Part shown: piece after piece, positions 18,101 to 27,700 of the stretch | Numbering within the stretch: the stretch's first letter is position 1 | Layout: each line of letters begins with the position of its first letter | Assembly: GCA_965205485.1 (NCBI GenBank) | Contig: OZ242180.1 | Location: forward strand, 1,200,535 to 1,264,534 | Length of the DNA: 64,000 nucleotides | Origin: Candidatus Latescibacterota bacterium | Lineage (GTDB): Bacteria > Latescibacterota > UBA2968 > GCA-2709665 | Direction of reading: 5' to 3' | Made by a program: the position numbers and the translations under genes | Notes under the pieces: model-generated | The model's database searches: none | Told to the model about the DNA's origin: nothing | Seen by the model: the letters and a program-made list of their open reading frames with translations, nothing else

Positions 18101-19755
18101 AGGTCCAGCACGCGGTCCCAGGTCTGCGCCAAGGCGACCGGGTCATCGAGGTTGCGTACTTCAGAAGAGCGCGTGGTTACGATCATGTTCCGCCCGGCGA
18201 TTTCGGCCCACGGGCCGGGCGCATGGCGGATCTCGTTGCGCCAGACGGCTGGATCTGTCTCGCCCGACACGAAGAGGGGCGCCGCCACGGCGCCTGCGAT
18301 TGTGACGATGATCGCTCCGAGGTCGGTTTTGACCGGAACCTCGATGTAGATCAGCCCGCCGAACGCATTTGCGACGGGAGTCGTAGCCGCTTTGACGGGA
18401 AAGCTGCGGCTGATCACCGGCATGCGCGTCCATTCTTCGCGGACCGAGATGTCCTGGTCGTGGGCGCCCACCCGCACGTTGACGTCCCCGGTGGCGGCAA
18501 CCGCTGCCGGCATGGTCACCGTTACCAACTCGCCCGGCGCGGCATAGAGGCCGGTTGAATGCCAGCGGTTCTTGCTCCGTTGGGAGTAAAAGCTTGTGAT
18601 GTGCCCGACATGTTCGGTGGCATGGATGGTTAGGGTGCGCGTGATTCGCCGGGCATCGACAGGGACCGATCCGGGGAAATCCGCGGCTGCGGGATGCGCA
18701 TTCACGGATTCCGGCGGCGTGCGGAGATGTTCCGTCACGAAGAGCGTGGCGGCCAGCCGGTCAAGTATATCCACCTCCCTCACCGGACGTTCGGCAGATG
18801 GCCACCGGCGCTCGTTGGGGTCGATGAGCCCGCGCAGGCGCGGCGCGAGCAGCGTATCGTCAGGAGGTAGGGCCCTCAAGGCGCTTGTCAGGGTGTACGT
18901 GGCCTGTGTGATTTCCCGTTGAGTCAACCCATTCGCCTCGACAGCGTCTAGCGCCTTGCCGGCATGGGTCAGTTCATCGGGCAGCGCGGCGACGGCGAAG
19001 CCCCGTGGCGAAGTGTCGCCGAGGTAAGACCTTGTCCACTGAATGCCTGCGGGTGCGAGCAGCCGGTTGCCGGCAAAGTCTTCAGCAAGATCCAGGTCCG
19101 GATGCCGATCGGCCCACCACGAACCGTGGGCGGCCGTCACCAGGCCTCCACCACTCCGAATGTAGTCCGACAACGCCGCGATTTCCCGCTCGTTCTGATT
19201 CCACAAGGACACGGTCACAACATCGAATGATCGCAGGGACTGGGGCGTCAGTGAGGTTCTCGTGACATCCAGGCCGTTCCCCGTCAGGTAGTTCCGCAAC
19301 TCAAGTGGACCTGCCACGCCGATGCGGAGGGGCTCGGAGCGATTTTTCTTACCGGCCCAATGCAATGCATTCACAATCAGACGCCCGGTGTGGGCGCTCT
19401 CCAGCACGGAACGGACAACAAAGTAGTCCGAGTCACCCAGAGCGACCACGCGCCCGGACTCCCAACGGCCGGCCGCCGCAGCCGGGCCGCGTACATCGGG
19501 TTGGCCGGCTAGGGGTGCACCGACGACCACGGGGAAGGCTTCGGGGCCATAAACGCACAGGGAACCCGCGCCCGGCGCGGCAATCTCGGACACACCGTCG
19601 AGCAGGGTGTCCAGATCGTCGCTTCCGGCCATACAGGGTGGCGGCGCTGAGAACGCAAGCAATGGCACTGCGATCGATGCGATGCAAAGAAGGCGCATGT
19701 TCGGGACTTTCAATTCTGACATCGCACAGCGAACGTGTCGGGAGGAGCGGCTCAT
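15124..19755 (-). CDS. Secreted multidomain protein: M60/enhancin-like zincin domain (tentative), Ig-like domain, WD40 propellers, C-terminal dockerin-like module
   Basis: - Signal peptide MRLLCIASIAVPLLAFSA.
- GNWGIFHEVGHNHQ...E, a gluzincin HExxH+E motif.
- Ig-like LEIVSGAGQQGPSG...VTFTVTVGDGRLS.
- More than 15 WD40 units.
- C-terminus PDFDGDGTVGFGDFVQFAGKFG...DLDGNGTIGFSDFLIFAADFG.
- Its ATG overlaps the stop of the upstream gene (ATGA). Confidence 0.85.
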   Translation of the reverse strand: MSRSSRHVRCAMSELKVPNMRLLCIASIAVPLLAFSAPPPCMAGSDDLDTLLDGVSEIAAPGAGSLCVYGPEAFPVVVGAPLAGQPDVRGPAAAAGRWESGRVVALGDSDYFVVRSVLESAHTGRLIVNALHWAGKKNRSEPLRIGVAGPLELRNYLTGNGLDVTRTSLTPQSLRSFDVVTVSLWNQNEREIAALSDYIRSGGGLVTAAHGSWWADRHPDLDLAEDFAGNRLLAPAGIQWTRSYLGDTSPRGFAVAALPDELTHAGKALDAVEANGLTQREITQATYTLTSALRALPPDDTLLAPRLRGLIDPNERRWPSAERPVREVDILDRLAATLFVTEHLRTPPESVNAHPAAADFPGSVPVDARRITRTLTIHATEHVGHITSFYSQRSKNRWHSTGLYAAPGELVTVTMPAAVAATGDVNVRVGAHDQDISVREEWTRMPVISRSFPVKAATTPVANAFGGLIYIEVPVKTDLGAIIVTIAGAVAAPLFVSGETDPAVWRNEIRHAPGPWAEIAGRNMIVTTRSSEVRNLDDPVALAQTWDRVLDLSAELAAWPTPARLRRERFVVDRQISRGHMLSGYPIMAHLDQQANVVDVEHLRTEGNWGIFHEVGHNHQSRDWTFDGALEVVVNLFTLYVYEYLCGIPVTESYYGWVDARSREMIARYDYENPDFEQWKRAPAFALFMYVQLQQAFGWDAFRQVFATYRALPDAERPKSDDEKRDQWLVRFSRQVGRNLGPFFEGWGVPTSASARASIANLPVWLPPASPSRLEIVSGAGQQGPSGEALPRPLVVEVRDQYGNPMPDAVVTFTVTVGDGRLSNRFKVERVRTDANGRARTSLTLGPHPGRNIVVVSLGGREMGTFAAEGVGAGVTELHGDYRTWHLPASATVRLGKGAMGEGDRAVALSPDGRTLAVASAIGVWLYDAGTSRVRSLLPTGRSVLSVAISSKGVLAAGTQYTGVVLWAVETGTQIGRLRHAGYVTTVVFSPDGSRLASGSWEQVIKVWDVESRREVGTWEVQPKNDILFFLSVDFSPDGSRLASGFQDGTVRLWDVATRTEVAALEGHADRITSVSFSPDGALLASGSGDRTVRLWDVSAQTEVATLRGHGGSVRSVSFSPDGATLASGSSDRTVRLWDVATEGLISVFEDHRDAVHSVAFSLDDAALVSGAADGTVLLRDLETGNAAGLLGHLALSSAALSRDGVTVVSGQKDGKLRLWDADTRTRIATLEGHTARVSSVSFSPDGALLASGSWDRTVKLWNLRARELTETLEGHLDQITAVAFSTDGKMLASGERDGTLSLWDTAKRSRIFTLEGHTDRVASITFSPDRAHLASGSWDRTVKLWDLRTREQIGTLEGHTSSVHSVAFSSDGKTLASGAGDGDGTVRIWDVRTRTDIATMKNPFGVYSVAFSSDGGVLASGTWFSVMLWDMATHEQIANLKGHNGHVHSVAFSGDGHVLASGASDGTVLLWDVFRYIAPSVANPDFDGDGTVGFGDFVQFAGKFGSKKGDAEYEARFDLDGNGTIGFSDFLIFAADFGKSLN

Positions 19756-22700
19756 CCACCCTGGCCGAAGCTTTCTGCAAGGATCAGAAGATCGCTGAAC
19801 CCGATTGTACCGTTTCCGTCGAGATCGAAGCGCTCATCATACCCCGCGTCTCCCCTGCTCAGACCGTAAGCGCCGACAAACAGCAGAAAATCCGGAAAGC
19901 CCACCGTTCCATCACCGTCGAAGTCGGCGATGCTGGTTGGACGCACGATGTAAGGTGTTAAATCCCATAGCAGCATTGTGCCGTCGTCTGACGCAGAACC
20001 GAGCATCCTGCCATCGGGAGAGTACGAAACGGAGCGAACGTCGTGCCTGTGCCCGTAGAAGGTGGCGATCTCCTCCAGCGTTTCCATATTCCAAAGCACG
20101 ACTGTGCCTTTGTGCGACCCGGCAGCGAGGATCCGCCCGTCAGGGGAAAACGCCCCGGAGAACAGCTGGCTGCCGTTCGGTTTCTCCAGGGTGGCGACTC
20201 TCTCGCCTGTCGCCACGTCGTAAAGCAGGACCACGGAATCAATCCGAGGCCCCTTCTCCGTTCCGGAGGCGATCGTCGTTCCGTCCGGGGAGAACGCCAG
20301 AAAGCCGAGGTTGCCGCCGACACCGAGAAAACCCTGGTACACGGTATTGAGGTTCTCCAGAGTTGCCGCATCCCAGAGCTGAATGAATCCATCGACAGAT
20401 TTTGTAGCCAGCACAGACCCATCCGGGGCATACGACACCAGGGGCGCATTCACGGAGACCGCGGACTGCGCTCCGGTCGCCACGTCCCACAGGACCAACT
20501 CGTCTCTACCCCCTGAAGCGACCGTCGCGCCATCGGGCGAAACCACAAGCGTGTTGATTACGCACCCGCCTCTGAAATGTCTCGCTACAGCTACATATGT
20601 TCCCATGGCCAGATCCCACACCCTGATTTCTTCGAATGCTCCGGAGACGAGCGTCCCGTTACGGAGGAACGCAAGGGACGTCACACCGCTCGCATGGCCT
20701 TCAAGCGAAGCCACTTTTTCATGAGTCTCAACATCCCAAAGCGTGATCGTCCTGTCGTCCGACCCTGAGGCGAAGATCCCCCCCAAGGGAGAAAACGCCA
20801 CCGACGTGGTGGCGCTTTCTTTTTCAATCCTGTCGACAATCCCTCTTGCCTGCACGTCCCACAGGTCGACCCTGCCGTCGAAGGACGCCGAAACGAGGGT
20901 GTTGCCATCGGTGGAAAAGGAAACGGAACGGACCTCGCCCGTTTGCCCATAGAGGGTGGCGACGCTCTCATGGGAGCCCGCGTCCCAGAGTCGGATCGTG
21001 CCGTCGGACGACGCCGACGCAACGGTACTTCCATCGGGCGAATAGGAAACGGATCGTACGTCGTCCGTATGCCCGTAGAGTGTGGCCAGATTCGTATGTG
21101 TCGCCGCGTCCCAAAGGCGGACCGTCCTGTCGAAGGATCCCGAAGCGATCGTCTGCCCGTCGGGAGAAAAGGAAATGGAGCGGACAAAGAACTTGTGCCC
21201 CGTCAAGGTACCGGCCTTTTCATGTGCCGCCACGTCCCACAGGCTTATCGTATGGTGGTTGTTGTCTGCCGCGGCGAGGAGCCTCCCGTCCGGGGAAAAC
21301 GCCAGGGGATTGTAATCGAGAACGGCCCTGCTGGGCTTCCCCTCATAGGTTGCAACCCTTTGCCACGTACCCGTATCCCACATCACAATCGAATTATCCG
21401 AGGATACGCAGGCAAGCAGCCCGCCGTCGGGTGAAAACGCCACGCCCTGGGGCCAGCGTCCCCAGCCTCCCCAGTCTCCCAGAAAGCTAAGCCCGGCGAC
21501 TGGCGTGTTCGTCGTCGTATCCCATACCTTAATGTTGGTATCGAAGTATACCCGCTCGGACCAGGCGATCATGGCGCCGTCCGGGGAAAACGCCATGGAT
21601 TCGATCAGGTGTTCGGCCGGCATCAGCCCGGCAGGCTGCAATGTTGCCAGGTCGTACGTCCATATTCCGATATTTCGTGCTGCAGCAAGGCGATGACCGT
21701 CCGGCGAAAAGGAAACCGCTCTGTCGCCGAGACTGAGGCGGCCCTTTCCCAGCCGCGCAATCGCGTCATCGGGCAGGTGCCACGTCCGAAAGTCGCCCTT
21801 CGTGGCTGGAAGCGAAATACCGGTCCCCACCCCCATGGCTTGAAACGTTACAGGCTCGAGCCCGCTGACGGATACCGTGACCGTATTTGTCCCGGGGCGC
21901 GGACCAAGCGTAAGCCTCCGTCCGGCATGCCCATTCATGTCGGTCACTGCATGCTCGAGCCTGAACCTTCCGCTGAGTCTCCCCCCACCCATGGCTACGG
22001 CAAAGGCAACCTGCACGTCGGGGAGGGGATTGTCGTTCCGATCTCTCACCTCAACAGTGAAGCGTCTTTCCAGTGGCGTGCCGGGCGTACCCCGCTGGTT
22101 GGCGCCGTCGATTTTTTCCAACCTGTGAGGCGTGGTTCTGACGACGTCGTTCGGAAGCTCCGAAATTTCGAAGCGTGTCCTCTCACCATTCCCGTCCCTG
22201 TCGACTGCCTCGACAGCGAGAGGGTGTACGGAAGGTTCGGAGAGGCTTGAAAAACGAACCCAGTCCCCGGGAATGACGCCGTCATAATCGAACGTGACCA
22301 CGGCGTCTCTTTCACCGGCCAACACACTGCACGCCTTGACGCTGTTTGGTACGTGCAGGATTACCTGATGAAGGCCATCCGGGTCGTTTACTTCGAGTTT
22401 AACCGCTACGTTCGTTGAGCCGGCCGGATAGGTGAGAGGTGAAATGAGTTCGATCGATGGCGGATGTCCGCTCTCCGATGGGCTGTTCGCATCGAAATAA
22501 GGATGGGCGGCCAGAAATCCGGCGTTACACATGGACAACCGCGAGTCGGGTAGATTGCCATACGACATGACGTACTCATTGTGACGGAAGTCATGCCCCA
22601 AGCCGAAGGTATGGCCCAGTTCATGGCTAACGACGTTGTGATAGTTCCACGGGTCCATTTCGTCGCTGGTGACAAGCGCAAACCCGCCGATTTTTCCTAT

Positions 22701-23243
22701 TCGGGTTGCTATTCCCCCTGCGGCGCGATCGATCACATCTGTGCTGATATCGATGACGACGAGGTATACGTTCTGCTCGGTGTCGAAAGCCTGTTCAATT
22801 TCGTTTAGCACCTTAACGAATGTTTGGTTGAGATAGTGGCTATCCGGGTGTCGAGCACTCACGCGATGCACGAGCGGCTCACCCGTGCCGTCGGTTTCAA
22901 ATTGAAAGGTTGTGTCGTCGTAGCCACGCTCATCCATCGAAGCGGCATAGAAGGTCTGAACCTCTCGAATCCGGTCTTTCATATCCTGAACCACTTCGGC
23001 GCGAAAGGGCCGGTCACTGGGCGAAAAGTAAATCATGCGCACCGTGCGTGGTTCGCCCACGTTCAGGTTCGCCGGCCGCTTGGCTGCCGGGAGGGGGTGT
23101 TCCCGGCGCCACTCCTCGTAGTCAAAGGGTTCGTGGAAATGCACGCTGTCGGACTCAGACGTGGACGCGGAAATTCCTGCCGTCGACGTGAGCAGGACAG
23201 CCAGCAGAGTTGAATAAATGGAACTTGAAAGACGCGTTCTCAT
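19752..23243 (-). CDS. Secreted metzincin, WD40 propellers, C-terminal dockerin-like module; paralog of 3073..7428
   Basis: - Signal peptide.
- HELGHTFGLGHD with a YVMSYG Met-turn.
- About 110-aa N-terminal region homologous to 3073..7428 (EWRREHPLPAAKRPANLNVGEPRTVRMIYF).
- WD40 units.
- C-terminus ADFDGDGTVGFPDFLLFVGAYG...DLDGNGTIGFSDLLILAESFG. Confidence 0.85.
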   Translation of the reverse strand: MRTRLSSSIYSTLLAVLLTSTAGISASTSESDSVHFHEPFDYEEWRREHPLPAAKRPANLNVGEPRTVRMIYFSPSDRPFRAEVVQDMKDRIREVQTFYAASMDERGYDDTTFQFETDGTGEPLVHRVSARHPDSHYLNQTFVKVLNEIEQAFDTEQNVYLVVIDISTDVIDRAAGGIATRIGKIGGFALVTSDEMDPWNYHNVVSHELGHTFGLGHDFRHNEYVMSYGNLPDSRLSMCNAGFLAAHPYFDANSPSESGHPPSIELISPLTYPAGSTNVAVKLEVNDPDGLHQVILHVPNSVKACSVLAGERDAVVTFDYDGVIPGDWVRFSSLSEPSVHPLAVEAVDRDGNGERTRFEISELPNDVVRTTPHRLEKIDGANQRGTPGTPLERRFTVEVRDRNDNPLPDVQVAFAVAMGGGRLSGRFRLEHAVTDMNGHAGRRLTLGPRPGTNTVTVSVSGLEPVTFQAMGVGTGISLPATKGDFRTWHLPDDAIARLGKGRLSLGDRAVSFSPDGHRLAAARNIGIWTYDLATLQPAGLMPAEHLIESMAFSPDGAMIAWSERVYFDTNIKVWDTTTNTPVAGLSFLGDWGGWGRWPQGVAFSPDGGLLACVSSDNSIVMWDTGTWQRVATYEGKPSRAVLDYNPLAFSPDGRLLAAADNNHHTISLWDVAAHEKAGTLTGHKFFVRSISFSPDGQTIASGSFDRTVRLWDAATHTNLATLYGHTDDVRSVSYSPDGSTVASASSDGTIRLWDAGSHESVATLYGQTGEVRSVSFSTDGNTLVSASFDGRVDLWDVQARGIVDRIEKESATTSVAFSPLGGIFASGSDDRTITLWDVETHEKVASLEGHASGVTSLAFLRNGTLVSGAFEEIRVWDLAMGTYVAVARHFRGGCVINTLVVSPDGATVASGGRDELVLWDVATGAQSAVSVNAPLVSYAPDGSVLATKSVDGFIQLWDAATLENLNTVYQGFLGVGGNLGFLAFSPDGTTIASGTEKGPRIDSVVLLYDVATGERVATLEKPNGSQLFSGAFSPDGRILAAGSHKGTVVLWNMETLEEIATFYGHRHDVRSVSYSPDGRMLGSASDDGTMLLWDLTPYIVRPTSIADFDGDGTVGFPDFLLFVGAYGLSRGDAGYDERFDLDGNGTIGFSDLLILAESFGQGG

Positions 23244-24469
23244 TGGAATGTGCTCCTTTCAAATCGGGTTCAGGCGGTGGCGCTACGTTACAATGAGGGT
23301 GTCTTCACTGGTACGATGGGAGCGGCAGGGCAGTGCCGGCAACTCGGTTGCCGCCTCTGCCGGCACGTCGTTGCCCTTCAGGCGGCTGACGCCCACATGC
23401 CAGGCCGCCGTTGGACCGCTCCCATCGCGCACATTGAAATGCCATTCCATTCCCGCCGTGAGTCGACCGGAGGCTGTTTTCGAGTATTCCTGAATGGAAC
23501 CATTCCGGACCCGGCGAGTGGCTTTTGCTAACAAGTGAGCTGTGGATACCGAGTCGAACGCATCGACAAACCCGATAGAATCCACGGATTCTCCCGTGCA
23601 GCGACGGTAAAGTGTCGGACGGTGGGAAGCCGGGATCTCTTACGTTGTACGAACTTTGATTTCGCTGCATTCCACTGCTGTCCAGGAACCGTGAAATTAA
23701 CGAGGCCGTCGTCCTCTGCGAAGCGCTGTCCAGGAACAAAGCGGCCTTTCCATCGGCCATGATTGTGTTGTTCACGCCTCATTGAGCCCATAAAATATGA
23801 CATTTGTGAAACTCAGGTGAGCTGGGCCGAGGCGCCGGTTTTCGGAGTTGAGCCGGATGCTGTCCACGGCAAAAGCCGATTTTAACAGATGTAATTCCTG
23901 ATATAAGTATAATGCTCAGGTTGCGCCGATCAGGTCAATACCGAATGATTGTCGAAATGTCCTGGATTTGTCGCGGGCTACGTTTTTTTCGACATGAGAT
24001 ACGAACAGTGGCTCCAACGGCAGGATTCGAGGCTTGTCGGACGAATACGGTGTATTCCGTGCGTTCATGTTTCAACAGGTCCCGGTTGGTGACCGATCCC
24101 GGGGACGGCCCCTGAGCCCATGTCCATGATGAAACGGGTCCGGCTAAGCCGATCCTCAAATCGCCGCCTTTGGTCGATCATTTGCACAATACTCCGACTT
24201 ACCACCGGGATGTCTCAGTAATCGTCCGATCTTGGACCGAAGTAGGTGTACACAATAATAATGAAATTATCGGGTATGTTTATGATTTTTTACTCGTATA
24301 TAAAATACAATATATGATTTTTTCGTGATTATCTCATTGCCCAGTCCAGATGGGACTCGCAAGTCCCGGTTCAACGGCAGGCAAGACGAGGCCCTGTTCG
24401 GATACTTCGCCTTCATAGACGAGCCGCTGAGGGTGCCGGACTTGCGCAGCCACGCACAGCGCATTGGCC

Positions 24470-24692
24470 TGTCCGAATCTCAACCGGCAATGCCGGTGAG
24501 CCAGAGACTGAGTTCCTGGTGGCGTGGATCTGCCATCGTGAAGAGAGAGTGGGGACGGTTTTTCTGGCGGAGAAGGAGGGTGGGAGGGAGTTCATCGCGG
24601 AGGACGAAGAGACCCTGGTGATGCTCGCCGCTCAGGCTGCCGCAGCGCGAGACATCAGACGCGAAGTGGGATGGGATCGCGGAATCGAGTGA
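24470..24692 (+). pseudogene. Possible remnant of a GAF-domain gene in an AT-rich spacer
   Basis: A short frame encodes ...VGTVFLAEKEGGREFIAEDEETLVMLAAQAAAA, which looks like a GAF domain C-terminus, and then degenerates. There is no complete gene. Confidence 0.25.
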
Positions 24693-24730
24693 CGAGGCGG
24701 AGATGCCTTACCTACTATTGTCTGTACGCT

Positions 24731-27700
24731 TTATTCCCGTGATTCAGTCTCCGTGACCCTGCGGAGATTCAGGATGATGGGTTCGGGTTGATCGTGTCTG
24801 GTCCATGTGTGCTCGATCGCACAGTTGAGAGGGATCGGCGCTTCAGGTACTATCGCGATTTTTGAAGTGGATGGCAGGGTGTAGGCATCGGCCTTGGTAA
24901 CGTCGACGGTGTAGCCTAAGTCCGCCATCGACTGGATCGTGATCGCGCTGAGGGGATTGGAGAAAGTTTCCAACCTAGACGTCATCAGTTCGCCGTCCAT
25001 TACGGATTCCCGCCAGTGGCTGTCCCGGCTGCCCGCTCCGCCTGAGTTCTCCACCGGCACCTTGGCGCCGGTGTAGCTCGACCCGTCCGCTGCGTCGAAG
25101 GCGGCAATCGCCTTCGTGCCCGAAAAATAGGTATCCGGAGCCGGATCGATGGGGATTCGGAATGGGCTGAGGGAGGGGTCCTTCAGGAGGTCGAGAAATG
25201 TCCAGGAAGTGGCATTGAATCCCAGCGCGTGGCCCATCTCGTGCAGAACGACGGCTCTCTGTATTTCTTCCGAATACGTGCTCAGTATGTCCGAATCGAG
25301 AGTGATTCGGGATACGGCCGGCAGAAAGGAAGGGACCCGGCTCAACAGCGACGCCCCCTGTCCGATCGCACCGACCAGATCAACGACGCGCACGTAGAGT
25401 ATGAGATCATCCACAACCTCGGGGGCGGCAGACCCTGGAAATTCCCCATTCAGGAAACTGCGATTGCTGCTGGATAAACGATGGTTGGGAAGATCGCCGG
25501 TGATGATTTCCTCCCAGCGCTCGGCTCCGTCTTCAACATAGGTTCGGTATGTCGACGAGACGCTGCCGACGAAGACAAGCTCGATATCGAAGGAAGCCGT
25601 CCCGGACGTGGTCTCTTCGTCGGTCGCGGACCTCGAACCCATCAGGCTGCCGTCGCAGGATACCCCCAGGTATCCGTAGTCCGCCTCATACGTGGTGCCC
25701 GGCTCGAAGAAATCCGATACCGCGTCCTCCAGCGTTACGGATATGGACTGTTGCGAAGCTTCATCGTTGGTCTCGGTATGGCACCCTGTGGCCCAGGGTC
25801 CTTGGTTCGTCTTCTGACGGATTCGTACATGGTACGCCCGGGTTTCGTCGGCCGCGAAGTTGTCGGTGAATGTCAGCGTGAAGAGGTTGCCGGCGATGGT
25901 CAGGGTGGGCGCCGAAAGGGTTGGCGTCCGGACCGTGACCTCGAACGTCTCCGAGTCGGATGCACCGTATGGATCGCTCGCCGTCACGGTGATGGTCGCG
26001 CTGCCGGCGGCCTGCGGATCTACGAGGATCTCCGTGCTGATCATCTGAACGGTAGCGGCAGCCGTGTTGCCGGACGACGCGGTATAGCTGAGCAGGTCCC
26101 CATCCGGGCTGCTGAACACGCCGTCCGCGGATACGATCTCGACGGCGCCTCCCACCGCAAGCGTGAGGTCGTCGAAGGTGCCGACGGCCACCGGCGGCTG
26201 GTTGGGGATCTCGATCTCGGCCGAGGGCGACCACTCGCTGTCCCCTTCGTCGTTCTTCGCCTGTACCTGCACCTCGTAGGTAAGGCCTTTGGTCAGATTC
26301 TCGATTCGGGCATCCAGGGTCGCGGACGTGTACGTGGTACCGGTGAAATCGTCGCCGCTGTCCTTCTCCCGGTGTTGCACTCCCCAGCCAGTGATTTCCG
26401 GCCCGGTATTCACCGGCGGGATTCGGCCCCCCATGCCCACCGCGATGGTGGGAGTAGTCCCGTCTAGGAAACCCAGCCCTGGCGCCGGCGGCCGGCCCGG
26501 GGGCTCGTCCACATCGGAAACATTGATGGCGATCTGCCGTTGCCCGGTCCGTTGCCTGGTGCCCATGCCGCTGGTGACGGTAACGACGATCTCATTCCGG
26601 TTGCTGCTTCCCGCCGGACGTTCGTAGTCAGGTACATTCACGAAGGTGAGGTGGCCCTCGCCGCCCCGGGTGGCAATCTCGAACAGCGATCGGTCGCGGC
26701 CTCCGGTAAGCTCGTACCCGGTGATGTAGTCCCTGTCATCCGGGTCCGTTCCCACTATGGAAATGTGCCCGGTGAAGTTCTCGTTCACGGTCCAGGAATT
26801 GTGGAAGATGGAGGGCGGGCTGTTGGTGGTGACCGCGGTCTCCGTGACCGTCACCTCCACGTTGACGGCGGTGACTCCTTGATAGCCGCCGCTGACCGTG
26901 TGGGTCAGGATGACCTCGTCGTCATCGCTGTCGGTGTCCGCGCTGGCGCTCACGGTCACCGTCTGCGGCGTATCCCAGTCCTGGTCGGTGAATGTCAGCG
27001 GCGACGGGTTCACCGTGACATCGGCGCCCGAGGGCACGGTCACGGTCACCGTCACGTCGGCGGTGGGCTGCATGGTCAACACCACCGTGTAGGTGTCGCT
27101 GTCGTCCTCCCCGATAGTCAGTTCGGTGGGATAGATTTCCACCCCCGCTTCGGCGTCGATGACGACCAGCGGCAGGTCATCGGACAGCACCAGTTCGTAC
27201 CCGTTGTCACTCGCCGGGAGGGCCGGCAGTACCCCGAGATCGACGGTGACTGCCCCGCTGGACCCGGCGGTGCGGGAGACTGAGAGCGGCTCACTCTCGA
27301 CACTGCCCTGGGGGATCGTGATGCTCCCTTCGCCGCTGTCGATCTCACCGTTGGAAAGCCGCAGCGGCAGGACCATATCGAAGGGCGCGCCGGTGTGCGC
27401 TCTTGCGACGAACTGGTCCGTCCCCGCCGCTTCCAGTGAAACGGCAATCGGCAGCGGGTCGACCGGGTTCCATTGGAGCTGGAGTTCGTTCAGTTCCGTC
27501 AGTCCGGAAAATACGCTGTCTCCCAGTGTGGATAAGTCCATTTGTCTCAGGTCCAACGATCTCAACTCCGTCAGTCCGGAAAGAAGGCCGTCCAGTGTAG
27601 ATACATCGGTGGCTCTCAGGCTTAGCGTTCTGAGATTCGTCAGTCCGGAAAAAACGGTGTCCGGCAGTGTGATGAGGTCGTTGTTGTAGCTCAGGTTGAG

